Assembly: GCA_049297395.1 (NCBI GenBank)
Contig: JBAQUG010000312.1
Span: forward strand, 273 to 64,272
Direction of reading: 5' to 3'
Length of the DNA: 64,000 nucleotides
Source of the DNA: Victivallales bacterium
Lineage (GTDB): Bacteria > Verrucomicrobiota > Lentisphaeria > Victivallales > GWF2-50-93
In this document: in pieces, positions 55,548 through 64,000 of the stretch
Numbering within the stretch: the stretch's first letter is position 1
How the letters are laid out: the number at the start of each line of letters is the position of its first letter
The notes under the pieces: model-generated
Told to the model about the DNA's origin: nothing
Seen by the model: only the letters and a program-made list of their open reading frames with translations
Database searches by the model: none
Made by a program: the position numbers and the translations under genes

Positions 55548-55614
55548 ATGTTATGGTAATTATAACATGACATGACAATACGTCAAGGGCATTATTGTTA
55601 TAATATTCATAACA
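55548..55614 (-). promoter_or_regulatory. near-consensus sigma70-type promoter of R2 with two TGTTAT-N7-ATAACA inverted repeats
   Basis: Minus strand: TTGACG (55586-55581), a 16-nt spacer ending in TGT, then TATAAT (55564-55559). ATGTTAT-N7-ATAACAT (55548-55568) overlaps the -10 box. TGTTAT-N7-ATAACA (55596-55614) lies just upstream of the -35 box. Confidence 0.6.
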
Positions 55615-55673
55615 GCATAGTGATAAGCGTATAACAACTTCAATTCATGGAGCTTTCACAGGTGTTGCCGAAT

Positions 55674-57869
55674 TTAGGCTCGTATGGGAGATTGTATTTT
55701 GGGATCGCCGGCAACTTGCCGGCATTCTTCTTCTTTTTCAAGCCGTTCCTCCAGCTGATGCCGTTCCTCTTCCTTCTTCGCAAACTTCGGAAAAGACTCG
55801 CTCCGTGGTCCATCCGGCGTCTTGTAGAGCGCTTCAACGCGATTTGAATACGGATGTTCTCCGGGCAACCCTCTCGCGCCAATGATCCAGGAGTTGCCCC
55901 ACTCGCGGATTTCCATTTGAGGCCAGGGAAAGAACGGAGAATTTGGCTCAGCCCTGGCATTGACGAACGGAAGTTTCGCTACGTCGATCTGGTTCGATTC
56001 AAAAACAGGTGTTGGCCGCGGCAATCCGTCAATGATTTCCGTCACCACTCCAGGAGGATCGGTTGACAGCACGATACGAAACCACACATCTTTACGCAGG
56101 TATTCGAAATAACGGGTATGTACAAAATAGTAGTCGACCAGCCGCGCGTCCGATTTTTCACGGTGAAAACTTGCAAGTGACTCATATTTGCATTTGTCGT
56201 CCACTGTCACGACCATGCCATTGAGAACCCGTCCCAGCTCCAGCCGGCTGAAGATCCGTCGATCCCCTTCGTAGCTGATCAGTTCCAGCGCCTCGTACTC
56301 ATTCTGCCGCGAGAAACGGAGTGCCGCACGGCGGGGCAGGCTGGTGGGAAGAAGCGGCTGTACATGGATGAAGACCTGGCCGGCCTCGATGCTCACCGGA
56401 ACCACCGCTTCGCTTTCACCGTTCGCGCCCTGCTGCAATGGACCATCGCCCATGATGCTGGCCGTGATGGAGCCAAAGTGGGCTGGGAATAACAGGAGCA
56501 TTTTCAATGTCGTCGCCTCAAATGGCGCCTGTTTCAGGTTTGGGGTGCAGAGAAGGACGGCGGCATTGTCCTTCTGGGAGGTGTAGCACCACGCCTCGTT
56601 TTTGAGATATCGTTCGCCCTGGAATTTCCCGTCGGGCGACCGGTCCCTGATCCCAATGGGCGTTTCATCTGTCCTGTACTTGAAAAAAACTGTGGCGGCA
56701 TCGCGGTAGTTGCGCATTTCATGTGTGCGCTGGTAGGTAAGGTAAAGGCCGGCGGTTTGCTCGCCGCCGCACATCGGACGGTTGCAGGTACCCAGAGAAA
56801 ACACCTTGTCCATATAGGTTTCCGTCTGGTAAAAACCGCCCATTTCATAACTTTCGTTGACTTCAGCCCGCCCTCGAAGGACGGCCGGATAACGGCGCTC
56901 ACGCGACAAACGGGCCAGTTCCATCGGCATGTGCACGTCCGTGTCGAGAAAACAGCAGAGCTCGGCCGCAGTCTGCAGATAGCAGCCTTCGAAATGGATC
57001 ACTTCCCGCCCATCCGGATGGAAGTAGCTTGCGATCAAGTCGCGGCCTGTCACCTCTTCGCCAAAGGCGTACCACATCATCAGATGCAGGGAGTGGTTGT
57101 GCCCCGCATAGTCGATGCAGTAGGCCCGGGACATGGGGCCGGCGTGGTGCAGCGTACCCGGATGGTAGTGCAGCAGCACTTCCGCCCAGATGCGGGTTTC
57201 AATCTGCAAAGCCAGCGACCGGATTTCATCATCGCGGCAGGCCGTGGCCATCTTGGACATGGAGGAGAGAGTCAGGGCCGTATATGTGGGGGAATTGAAC
57301 TCGCCCATCCAGGCGGTGCGGGAGAGCAATTGCCTCAACTGGCGCAGGTTCCAGCGCGCATGCGCCAGCGCGGCCTCGTTCCCCAGGGCCTCGCCCGCCA
57401 TGGACAGCCCGCAGGTGGCATGGGCCGGCATGTTGTCATTGCCTCCGCGGAAAACGAAGTCAGGCTGGGCCGAACCGCCGAACGTTTTGAACACCTGCTC
57501 GCAATGCCAATGAGCGACCTCCTGGGCGGACGGGGTCATTCGATCTCGGTACTTGTGAAAGACCTCCGCGAAGCAGTTTGTCTGAAATATGTTGAACATC
57601 TTGCCGGAGCGCAGGCCGCAATCCCTGGTTTCCACCGCCGGGGCGTCGTGGTACCGCGCCACCATCCGGTTGGCGAGATCGATGTATGTCTGCGATCCAT
57701 TGTAGAGGGCCGGCAGGCACCAGGCAACTTCACGATAGGGCGCATTGAACTGCGGGATCTTCCCGCTGCCATCGTCGTTGACAACTTCATGGATCTGCTC
57801 CCGCATCGCGGCATAGAAACGTTCCCGACGTTTTTTTTGGGCGGCTGGATCGATCAGTTTATTAGTCAT
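55674..57869 (-). CDS. hypothetical protein with no signal peptide (function unknown)
   Basis: 731-aa ORF. AAGGAA lies upstream of ATG 57869. The composition is protein-like, and the C-terminal tail KKEEERHQLEERLEKEEE is charged. I recognise no family motif. Confidence 0.65.
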   Translation of the reverse strand: MTNKLIDPAAQKKRRERFYAAMREQIHEVVNDDGSGKIPQFNAPYREVAWCLPALYNGSQTYIDLANRMVARYHDAPAVETRDCGLRSGKMFNIFQTNCFAEVFHKYRDRMTPSAQEVAHWHCEQVFKTFGGSAQPDFVFRGGNDNMPAHATCGLSMAGEALGNEAALAHARWNLRQLRQLLSRTAWMGEFNSPTYTALTLSSMSKMATACRDDEIRSLALQIETRIWAEVLLHYHPGTLHHAGPMSRAYCIDYAGHNHSLHLMMWYAFGEEVTGRDLIASYFHPDGREVIHFEGCYLQTAAELCCFLDTDVHMPMELARLSRERRYPAVLRGRAEVNESYEMGGFYQTETYMDKVFSLGTCNRPMCGGEQTAGLYLTYQRTHEMRNYRDAATVFFKYRTDETPIGIRDRSPDGKFQGERYLKNEAWCYTSQKDNAAVLLCTPNLKQAPFEATTLKMLLLFPAHFGSITASIMGDGPLQQGANGESEAVVPVSIEAGQVFIHVQPLLPTSLPRRAALRFSRQNEYEALELISYEGDRRIFSRLELGRVLNGMVVTVDDKCKYESLASFHREKSDARLVDYYFVHTRYFEYLRKDVWFRIVLSTDPPGVVTEIIDGLPRPTPVFESNQIDVAKLPFVNARAEPNSPFFPWPQMEIREWGNSWIIGARGLPGEHPYSNRVEALYKTPDGPRSESFPKFAKKEEERHQLEERLEKEEECRQVAGDPKIQSPIRA

Positions 57870-57915
57870 ACATTCCTTTTTTTATTAATAGTTGCAAGCG
57901 GTTGGCGATCCCGTA

Positions 57916-59424
57916 TTATGACAATGGTTCCATAATAATATCGTCTACCCAGGCAACCCCGCGTCCTTCTGTCTCGATAAAGATGCTTACCGCATGATGT
58001 TTAACGCCGGGAGTGAATTCTATGCGCAGGAGATGCCAATCCGCTCTGCCGCCCAGGAATTCGCTCCTGTGACAGGCGACGACGATATTGGGCGACATGA
58101 ACCATTCATTCGCGGCAATGCGCACTTGTCCCGTCTCCAAATCCGTCTTGACCCAGGCGCTCAGACGATAGCGTTGTCCTCCGGTAACGTGCATGCAGCA
58201 CCCCTGATCCGGACCAATCACCACGGGGTTCCCGTCAACCCGGATGCGCAAGGAATGGGATCCGGAGTGTCCGCAGTTAGAAACCACCGTGACCGGAGCG
58301 TCATCATTATCATCCTGACACCGGAAGACTTGTCCGCGCCATGATGTGGAAGGATCCATCTTCTGTTCAAATTCGGTAATCTGGCCGGTGGCAAATGGAT
58401 GGAAACTCAAGTGCTTCGGCTGCCCGCGCCGGTGGGGAAATTCATTCTCACACCATTCATATTCCCGGGCCAGTATCGGTTCAGCATGATCGGTGACCAT
58501 GTCCACCATCTGAGCCTGACGGGCCAGTGCGTCACTCACCAATGGAGGGACAGAGACAATGCGGCAGTCCGCCTCGTAGAGGAATCGTCCCTCATGATCT
58601 TGAGCTATCCTTCCAGCGGAAGGGCGCAACCAACGGATATGCTCGTCAAAAAGGCAGGGGCACGTTACCGCCCCGATATCGTGGGATGAATTCAGGATCT
58701 CCACGGCTGCGTTGTGATCTTTCTCCCCGAAGAATCCGATGAAGCCCCCGACGGCAATGCGGCGGCGATCATACATGTCCATGGCTCCAAGGGCGCGGGC
58801 CCCGATATTGTTGTGGTTCAGCCGCATGATCTTCCCCGAGTCGTGCTGCCAAAGACAGTAGGGATAACGAGCGAAACCGGGACGATCATCCGCGAGCCCG
58901 CCTGCCAGGAAATTGCAGAATTCAGCCCGCTCGCGGTACGGCGAGACCATCCGCACCTTGCAGTCCATCACATAACCGAAATCCGCATCCATCCGCCAGG
59001 TGAAAACTTTCGTGGAGCAGCGTCCATTCGCCCAGTGTTCGCTGAACGTGGCGCTGACCTTCTCCCTGCAGATTTCCCATTCCAGTATCCGCTCATCGCT
59101 GGTGGTCGCCTGCGCATCATCCACCCACATGCCCAGAGGCACACGGTAGCCCGGATGCGTGGATGCGTGGAGGGTGGGCGGCAATTCAACCGTCCGAGGA
59201 GCAGAGGAATCGAAATTGACCAGTTCCGCGTTGTCGAAGTTTTCACAGAATGGAGTACCAGGCAAAGTGGGATTTCTGCGGACGACAAGTCCGACACGTA
59301 TCTCTCCGTCCATGATCCAATGATAGTCTTTCCCATGGGAATCCAAATGGAAGTTCGGGTGATGACCCTGGAATCGTCCACCCAACCCTTGTTCCATGAA
59401 CGCTTTTTGAAGAAACGAAGTCAT
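57916..59424 (-). CDS. hypothetical protein with a C-terminal CBM4_9-like beta-sandwich and no signal peptide
   Basis: 502-aa ORF starting at ATG 59424. The C-terminal segment HSGSHSLRIRVDG...YRLSAWVKTD...VAWVDDIIMEP follows the same pattern as the B proteins. Confidence 0.65.
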   Translation of the reverse strand: MTSFLQKAFMEQGLGGRFQGHHPNFHLDSHGKDYHWIMDGEIRVGLVVRRNPTLPGTPFCENFDNAELVNFDSSAPRTVELPPTLHASTHPGYRVPLGMWVDDAQATTSDERILEWEICREKVSATFSEHWANGRCSTKVFTWRMDADFGYVMDCKVRMVSPYRERAEFCNFLAGGLADDRPGFARYPYCLWQHDSGKIMRLNHNNIGARALGAMDMYDRRRIAVGGFIGFFGEKDHNAAVEILNSSHDIGAVTCPCLFDEHIRWLRPSAGRIAQDHEGRFLYEADCRIVSVPPLVSDALARQAQMVDMVTDHAEPILAREYEWCENEFPHRRGQPKHLSFHPFATGQITEFEQKMDPSTSWRGQVFRCQDDNDDAPVTVVSNCGHSGSHSLRIRVDGNPVVIGPDQGCCMHVTGGQRYRLSAWVKTDLETGQVRIAANEWFMSPNIVVACHRSEFLGGRADWHLLRIEFTPGVKHHAVSIFIETEGRGVAWVDDIIMEPLS

Positions 59425-59450
59425 TTTACCTACCTGTTTTTTTAATTATT

Positions 59451-60098
59451 TCAATAACTTTCCACTTTGATTATTTTCTCCATCTCCAGCACTTCCACAT
59501 CATCCAGCCACAGCATGCCGGCCCCGCGAAGTTGCACATAAAGCATGATCGTCCTGGTCTGTGGCTGCGTATCAAATGTGAAGACAAATTCCTTCCAGTC
59601 AAACGTCCCGCTGTTCGGGGAAGGAACTTTCCATTCATAATTGAGCTTGCCAGTCCAAAGACCGGTATCCTTTTTATCATCCGTGCCGGATGCCATTACA
59701 TGCAAAATAACTCCCTTGGACTGGTAGGAGTCGATATTTTCCCCTTTCAACCACATTTTAAACCGATAGCGGGTTTCGGGAGCGGCATCCATGCGCTGGA
59801 CAACCGAGACAGTGCTCCTGGTATCCTTGTTTTCCGCCCGTAAAGAGGAGGAGCCTCCGTGTTTTGCCTTGTCATCGCGGACAAGCACACAGGAACTTCC
59901 AATCATCATCCAGCCAGCCGGGAATTGGACGCAGTCCACGGTCTTTTTTTCCTGTTCGGTTGCTTCGCGCCATTCTTCAAATCCGCCGTTGACGGCGATG
60001 TCAGCGGATTCTTTTGGCTCCGCTTGTCCATGGACAATCTGGGTGGAAGCAAGCATCCCGAAAAAGAGAATCCCAGCAACAATCGCAAATCTCTTCAT
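59451..60098 (-). CDS. family B small secreted CBM4_9-like protein (B3)
   Basis: 215 aa. AAGGATAA lies upstream of ATG 60098. The signal peptide is MKRFAIVAGILFFGMLASTQIVHG. NGGFEEWRE, HGGSSSLRAE, YRFKMWLKG and LWLDDVEV follow the CBM4_9-like pattern. The C-terminus is KVESY. Confidence 0.8.
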   Translation of the reverse strand: MKRFAIVAGILFFGMLASTQIVHGQAEPKESADIAVNGGFEEWREATEQEKKTVDCVQFPAGWMMIGSSCVLVRDDKAKHGGSSSLRAENKDTRSTVSVVQRMDAAPETRYRFKMWLKGENIDSYQSKGVILHVMASGTDDKKDTGLWTGKLNYEWKVPSPNSGTFDWKEFVFTFDTQPQTRTIMLYVQLRGAGMLWLDDVEVLEMEKIIKVESY

Positions 60099-60138
60099 AA
60101 GGTTTTTATCCTTGTTTTAAGTTAGCGAAATACGATCC

Positions 60139-63100
60139 CTACTCCGCCTCGCAGCCGATTTCAATATTGTTGATGATGATCAGCGCATCCTCCGTTCTTT
60201 CCTGGAATAAGCTCATGCTCCTGGCGGGCCAGAGCTCAATCCGGTTTTTCTTCCCGAATTTAACATGCGGCGTCAGGTTGAGCACTTCGTCGTCAATCGG
60301 CGTATTGGGCGGAGCGGTGAAAGACATCGGCTGTCCATTGATCACCAGCATGCCGTTCCCCAGCCCGGCCAGCGGCAGCTTCTGTCCGTGCATCATCGGC
60401 GAATCCAGGTGGAGGTAGATGTTTTTCCCCTGCCATCCAGCCGGAACGTCAACGTCACGGACCAGGTGGTGCCCCCTTGCCGCCAACCTCTTTTCCATCA
60501 CATACCCTTCATCCTCCACTTTTTTCCGGCTGTCGTCCCATAGGTATCCGCTGTCCGTCAACGCCCGGTCAACGCCCGGAACGCCAGCCTTCTCCCGGCT
60601 GGTCCAGTCGCCCATCACCGCTTCCCATTCGCCCAACAGCGAGATGCAGGGAGACAGTTTTATTTCCGGCTGAATCCATACGGCGCAACCCAGCAGTCCG
60701 CTTAGCGGCTTGGTTCCGGTCAGCTTGAGAGAAAGCACATTGCCGTCCTTTTTCAGTTTATCGGTGACATCGCACTTCCGGTGGGGGCGCGGAATTCCGG
60801 CAATGGGTTCGCCGTTCAAATAGAATTCCGCCTTGCTAAAACACCCGCCCCCGGCCATGTTCAATGTGATTCTCCGGTTCTTCCAACCGGAAGGCAGGGC
60901 GAACGGCAGGCTGCGGTACAGGCCAGCGCCGCCGTAGTCCTTCAGATCTTCGAACTTGATGTTCCAAGGCTCATTGTTGATGTTCCTCCAATTGCCGTCA
61001 TCAAACGCATTATTAAGCCAGTCGTCTGTTTTTCCGGCGGCGCCATCCTTGTCCGCATGGAATTTCCACGCCTCAAACGATATGGCAGACGGATTTGCAT
61101 TGTCTTCTTCCGCTGTTTCAACGAATGGCTTCACCTTGGCGCTATTCCAGAATTTTGTCTTCTCCTTCCACCAGAAGTCCACGCCCCCGGCCATGTCCGC
61201 CCTCCTGATCCCAAATATTCTTGTTCCCCATGGAGCAATATCGACATCTTTTATCTTCACCCAGCCGTCTTCATACTCAAACGCGACCGGCTTCTGCGCC
61301 ACCATATCCCGGACTTCCGATGGTTTTTCCGCAGTGGCGAAACCTGCATCGGCCTTCATTCCCGAGCCTGCCGCGTCCATGACAATCATTCCTTCCTGAA
61401 GTCCGTTCTTCGTAATTATCTTGCGGGCAAATACGCCCTTGTCGGAGGCGGTCGCCGTGCGCTTCACGCCAAGGTCGGTGAACAGCCTTTCAAAAAATTC
61501 CTTTCCCACGTCCTGTATCTTCCAGATTCCTGTTCCGCCAAGATCCCTTCCGTATCTCCAGAAGGTCGAGCCCAGCACAACCACCTTCCCCCTGCCAAGC
61601 GTCCGCATCCCGACAGCAACGGTTCCGTCCTCCCATCTTGCAAGGGCGACTGTGCCTTTTGACAAAGGCTCCAATCCCACGCTCACATCCTTGGCGGATT
61701 GAGTGTCCTTCCAGTCAAGACTGCTGCCTTCGCCTTCAAATTCCTTCCCTTCCCAGCCCTTGAAGATTGGCAGTTCTTTTTCAAACTTGAGATTTCCTTT
61801 TTTTCCAAGGCCAAGAACCTTGAAACCGGTCAATTCGCTGATAGGCCAGGAGTCGGCCTCAAGAAGGCTGTGCCTCCCGCTGTTGTGCAATGCCACGAAT
61901 GTTCCACCCTTTTCCACGTATTTGCGGATGCTGTCAATCGTGTCCTCCCCCATGTACATCGTGTCCGTGTCGAAAAGAACCGGATAATCATCGGCCATGC
62001 CTTTTGCGAGCATCGTCTCGGTCACATAGACGTTGTCATAATGCGCGGCGTGCAGTTCGCCGCGGCCGATGTTCCAGTCGCCCATGGAGTGGAACTGGTA
62101 GCCTAAAAGCGCGCTGCGGGACGAAGAAAGAATGGCGATGTCGGGTTTTTCGGGAAGATATTTTCCGACCAGTTGGATGTTCCTCTGGTTCTTCGCGCAC
62201 CAGCCGGATTTTTTTTCAATTTCATAAAAATAGGAGGCGTCCCCCGTCATGCGGAAGTGACCCTCCCCGTTGAGGAGCACCCAGCCGAGCATCCTGGTTT
62301 CGGGCATGTTGCCAGGCGCTTTGGTCGGAATGTAGCCGGCCGGTTCACAGGATCCGTAAAACCCGCCCGCATAGCCCAGCCGCGAGTTGAACGGGCGGTA
62401 TGAGGATTCATAGCCGGTGTCCTGCATGCTGCCGCCGAAACGGGCCAGGGCGTCCCCCTGGCCGTCTTTGACTTCCTCGCCGGCCGCGGAGATCACAAAC
62501 GGACGATCCGGTTCAATGCTGCGGCCATATTCCATTGCGCCGGTCTCCAGGGCGTTGAACGCGTAAAGCTGCCATTCCAGCATATCCACATATCTTGCGT
62601 TCTGCTGCTTTCCAAGATACGGATAGCCCTGCGGTTTGCTCGTCGTTAAAAATACCGGACCATTGATATGCCCATAAAGACCGAGACGATTGACGCCATT
62701 GGTTATTAAACCGGTCACTTTCAAGGCAAATGGACCCATGTAGGGATTCACCTTTGACTTGAATTTCCCAAGGGACTTTCCATTCAGCCAGACCGGAGTT
62801 TCCCCCCATCCTCCGTTGATGACGTTGAAAACCAGATACGCATCTTTGCCGGCGTTCTGCTTCAACCATGTATCGGCATTGAAATTTGTCCGCCAGAATG
62901 ACGGCTGTCCGCCCAGCATGAGGGACATCATTCTGGAAGTCGCATCATCCACTGGCACCCAGCCCGGGGCGGACTCCGCCGGCATTTCAGTCGGATTGGC
63001 GGCAGCCTTCAGGCAGCACCAGTTGTTCTGGATGCGCAGGCATTGGTCATCCAGATTTCCGAAGAAACCGTTGATGTCATCAGGCAGTCTCACTTCGCTC

Positions 63101-64000
63101 CAGTCCTTGAAATGAGAGGGGTTTCCATGCCATCGTTCGCCAAGTCCCTGCAGGCTCAGGCCGCGAATTTCCTTCAACCAGCGCCGGAAACCGTCCTGCC
63201 CGACCGCGGAATAACCCAGATGCGCTTGACGCATGTTCGAAAAGAACGATTCGAAGATATAGTCGCCGCAATACAATTCCCAGCCGCCGAACATATCCCG
63301 GTTTTTATACCGCAACATCAGATTCTTCAAGAAATTCAAACTGGTCCGCCGCCGCTGTTCCGGTTGAATGCCGAAACTTTCAACCGGCCCATGATAGCTG
63401 CCGTAAATGTGACCGGCGGGACTGCCGTCGGAATCCCGGTCGATCAGCTGCGGCCATCGGTTCCGCGCCCAGCCGGGCCATACGCCGGTGCCGATAGAGA
63501 TCGAATACATCTGGTTTTCCTTTTCGCAGATATCCGCATCCGTATCCGTGTTTGACAGCCCGGCATGCACCCCCTCCGCCGAAGCATCCCTGAAAAAAAT
63601 CCCCCCCATCAATCCTCCGTTGCAGAACTTTTTTGCGAACTGCATTCGATCATCGTTTTGATATTTGTTTCCCGGGTATAAACCAGGAGTGGCGGATTTC
63701 CACGCCCGCAGATCGTAGAAATCCAGATACATAGGATAGGGTCCGGATGGCTTGAAAACGGCTTTTCCTGAACTAAGCCCTCCATCTTCCTTCATGCGGG
63801 AAAGTGATTCCTGTTCATCCTTCCCGCCAAAGACCATGACCCGGTTTTTACTTCTTCCTGCAATCAACGCACCATACGGCGGATACAGGTGGACAGGCAC
63901 AGTCATCGTATCCACGAAGAGCCATCCGATTTTCATATCGATCGTTTTCTCGATATGACTGCCGCCTGCGTCCCAGAACATGTCCGCGAGCAGCTTGCCG
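60139..64000 (-). CDS. giant GH42-like protein, family A paralogue 3; the 5' end lies beyond the window
   Basis: The track ORF starts at an internal Met (63981). The reading frame stays open to 64000 (..GKLLADMFWDAGG) and aligns with residues about 70 onward of A1 (LGKLLADLFWDAGG). It shares DYPVLFDTDTMYMGEDTIDSIRKYVEKGGTFVALHNSGRHSLLEADSWPISELTGFKV. Confidence 0.8.
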   Translation of the reverse strand, partial: GKLLADMFWDAGGSHIEKTIDMKIGWLFVDTMTVPVHLYPPYGALIAGRSKNRVMVFGGKDEQESLSRMKEDGGLSSGKAVFKPSGPYPMYLDFYDLRAWKSATPGLYPGNKYQNDDRMQFAKKFCNGGLMGGIFFRDASAEGVHAGLSNTDTDADICEKENQMYSISIGTGVWPGWARNRWPQLIDRDSDGSPAGHIYGSYHGPVESFGIQPEQRRRTSLNFLKNLMLRYKNRDMFGGWELYCGDYIFESFFSNMRQAHLGYSAVGQDGFRRWLKEIRGLSLQGLGERWHGNPSHFKDWSEVRLPDDINGFFGNLDDQCLRIQNNWCCLKAAANPTEMPAESAPGWVPVDDATSRMMSLMLGGQPSFWRTNFNADTWLKQNAGKDAYLVFNVINGGWGETPVWLNGKSLGKFKSKVNPYMGPFALKVTGLITNGVNRLGLYGHINGPVFLTTSKPQGYPYLGKQQNARYVDMLEWQLYAFNALETGAMEYGRSIEPDRPFVISAAGEEVKDGQGDALARFGGSMQDTGYESSYRPFNSRLGYAGGFYGSCEPAGYIPTKAPGNMPETRMLGWVLLNGEGHFRMTGDASYFYEIEKKSGWCAKNQRNIQLVGKYLPEKPDIAILSSSRSALLGYQFHSMGDWNIGRGELHAAHYDNVYVTETMLAKGMADDYPVLFDTDTMYMGEDTIDSIRKYVEKGGTFVALHNSGRHSLLEADSWPISELTGFKVLGLGKKGNLKFEKELPIFKGWEGKEFEGEGSSLDWKDTQSAKDVSVGLEPLSKGTVALARWEDGTVAVGMRTLGRGKVVVLGSTFWRYGRDLGGTGIWKIQDVGKEFFERLFTDLGVKRTATASDKGVFARKIITKNGLQEGMIVMDAAGSGMKADAGFATAEKPSEVRDMVAQKPVAFEYEDGWVKIKDVDIAPWGTRIFGIRRADMAGGVDFWWKEKTKFWNSAKVKPFVETAEEDNANPSAISFEAWKFHADKDGAAGKTDDWLNNAFDDGNWRNINNEPWNIKFEDLKDYGGAGLYRSLPFALPSGWKNRRITLNMAGGGCFSKAEFYLNGEPIAGIPRPHRKCDVTDKLKKDGNVLSLKLTGTKPLSGLLGCAVWIQPEIKLSPCISLLGEWEAVMGDWTSREKAGVPGVDRALTDSGYLWDDSRKKVEDEGYVMEKRLAARGHHLVRDVDVPAGWQGKNIYLHLDSPMMHGQKLPLAGLGNGMLVINGQPMSFTAPPNTPIDDEVLNLTPHVKFGKKNRIELWPARSMSLFQERTEDALIIINNIEIGCEAE

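Noticed and set aside
55706-55738. Hairpin GCCGGC-aactt-GCCGGC followed by a T-rich run on the plus strand, resembling an intrinsic terminator
   Set aside because: It lies inside the 3' end of the 731-aa minus-strand CDS. It would only terminate plus-strand transcription, and I can support no plus-strand gene. On the minus strand it has no U-tract.
1-64000. Search for mobile-element genes, toxin-antitoxin pairs, defence systems, tRNA/rRNA and prophage signatures
   Set aside because: No ORF showed transposase, integrase, recombinase, nuclease/helicase or Cas-type motifs. No tRNA-like cloverleaf or rRNA segment was noticed. The window is entirely a carbohydrate-utilisation cluster apart from the four-helix-bundle fragment.

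Overview
All supportable genes in this 64-kb window lie on the minus strand and form one co-directional glycan-utilisation super-cluster. The pseudopilin sequences ([24 protein letters not shown] heads with H-X9-DG-type tails) suggest a PVC-superphylum genome (Lentisphaerota, Kiritimatiellota or Verrucomicrobiota-like); this is an inference. Read in the direction of transcription (high to low coordinates), the cluster consists of repeated modules. Each module opens with a short pseudopilin-like gene (P; six copies), and two modules are also headed by a GntR/LacI-hybrid regulator. The P gene is followed by very large signal-peptide-bearing glycoside-hydrolase-like or carbohydrate-binding proteins of 1100-1550 aa, belonging to paralogous families that I call A (x3), C (x2) and D (x2). 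Small CBM4_9-like secreted proteins (B, x3) accompany the A genes. The promoter-distal end carries recognisable enzymes and a transporter: a GH36-like alpha-galactosidase, a URO-D-family protein and a GH35 beta-galactosidase, all three translationally coupled. These are followed by an ABC sugar permease fused to its solute-binding protein and a truncated four-helix-bundle (23S IVS-type) gene. No rRNA, tRNA, CRISPR array, transposase or integrase was seen. The main hunt results are as follows. (1) The pseudopilin-led module architecture looks like an undescribed PUL-like system. (2) The modules show tandem and mosaic duplication, with breakpoints in the low-complexity pilin leaders and in cargo signal peptides. 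(3) Heptanucleotide tandem tracts sit inside the long pilin leaders and differ between paralogues by exactly three units. (4) A repeat element bounded by inverted repeats occurs twice in opposite orientations; one copy covers a translation start. (5) The two regulator genes have near-consensus promoters with TGTTAT-N7-ATAACA repeats. (6) There are several unexplained palindromes and structured spacers. Family assignments were made by eye from motifs and need HMM or BLAST confirmation. Where I moved a start codon relative to the ORF track, the feature says so.
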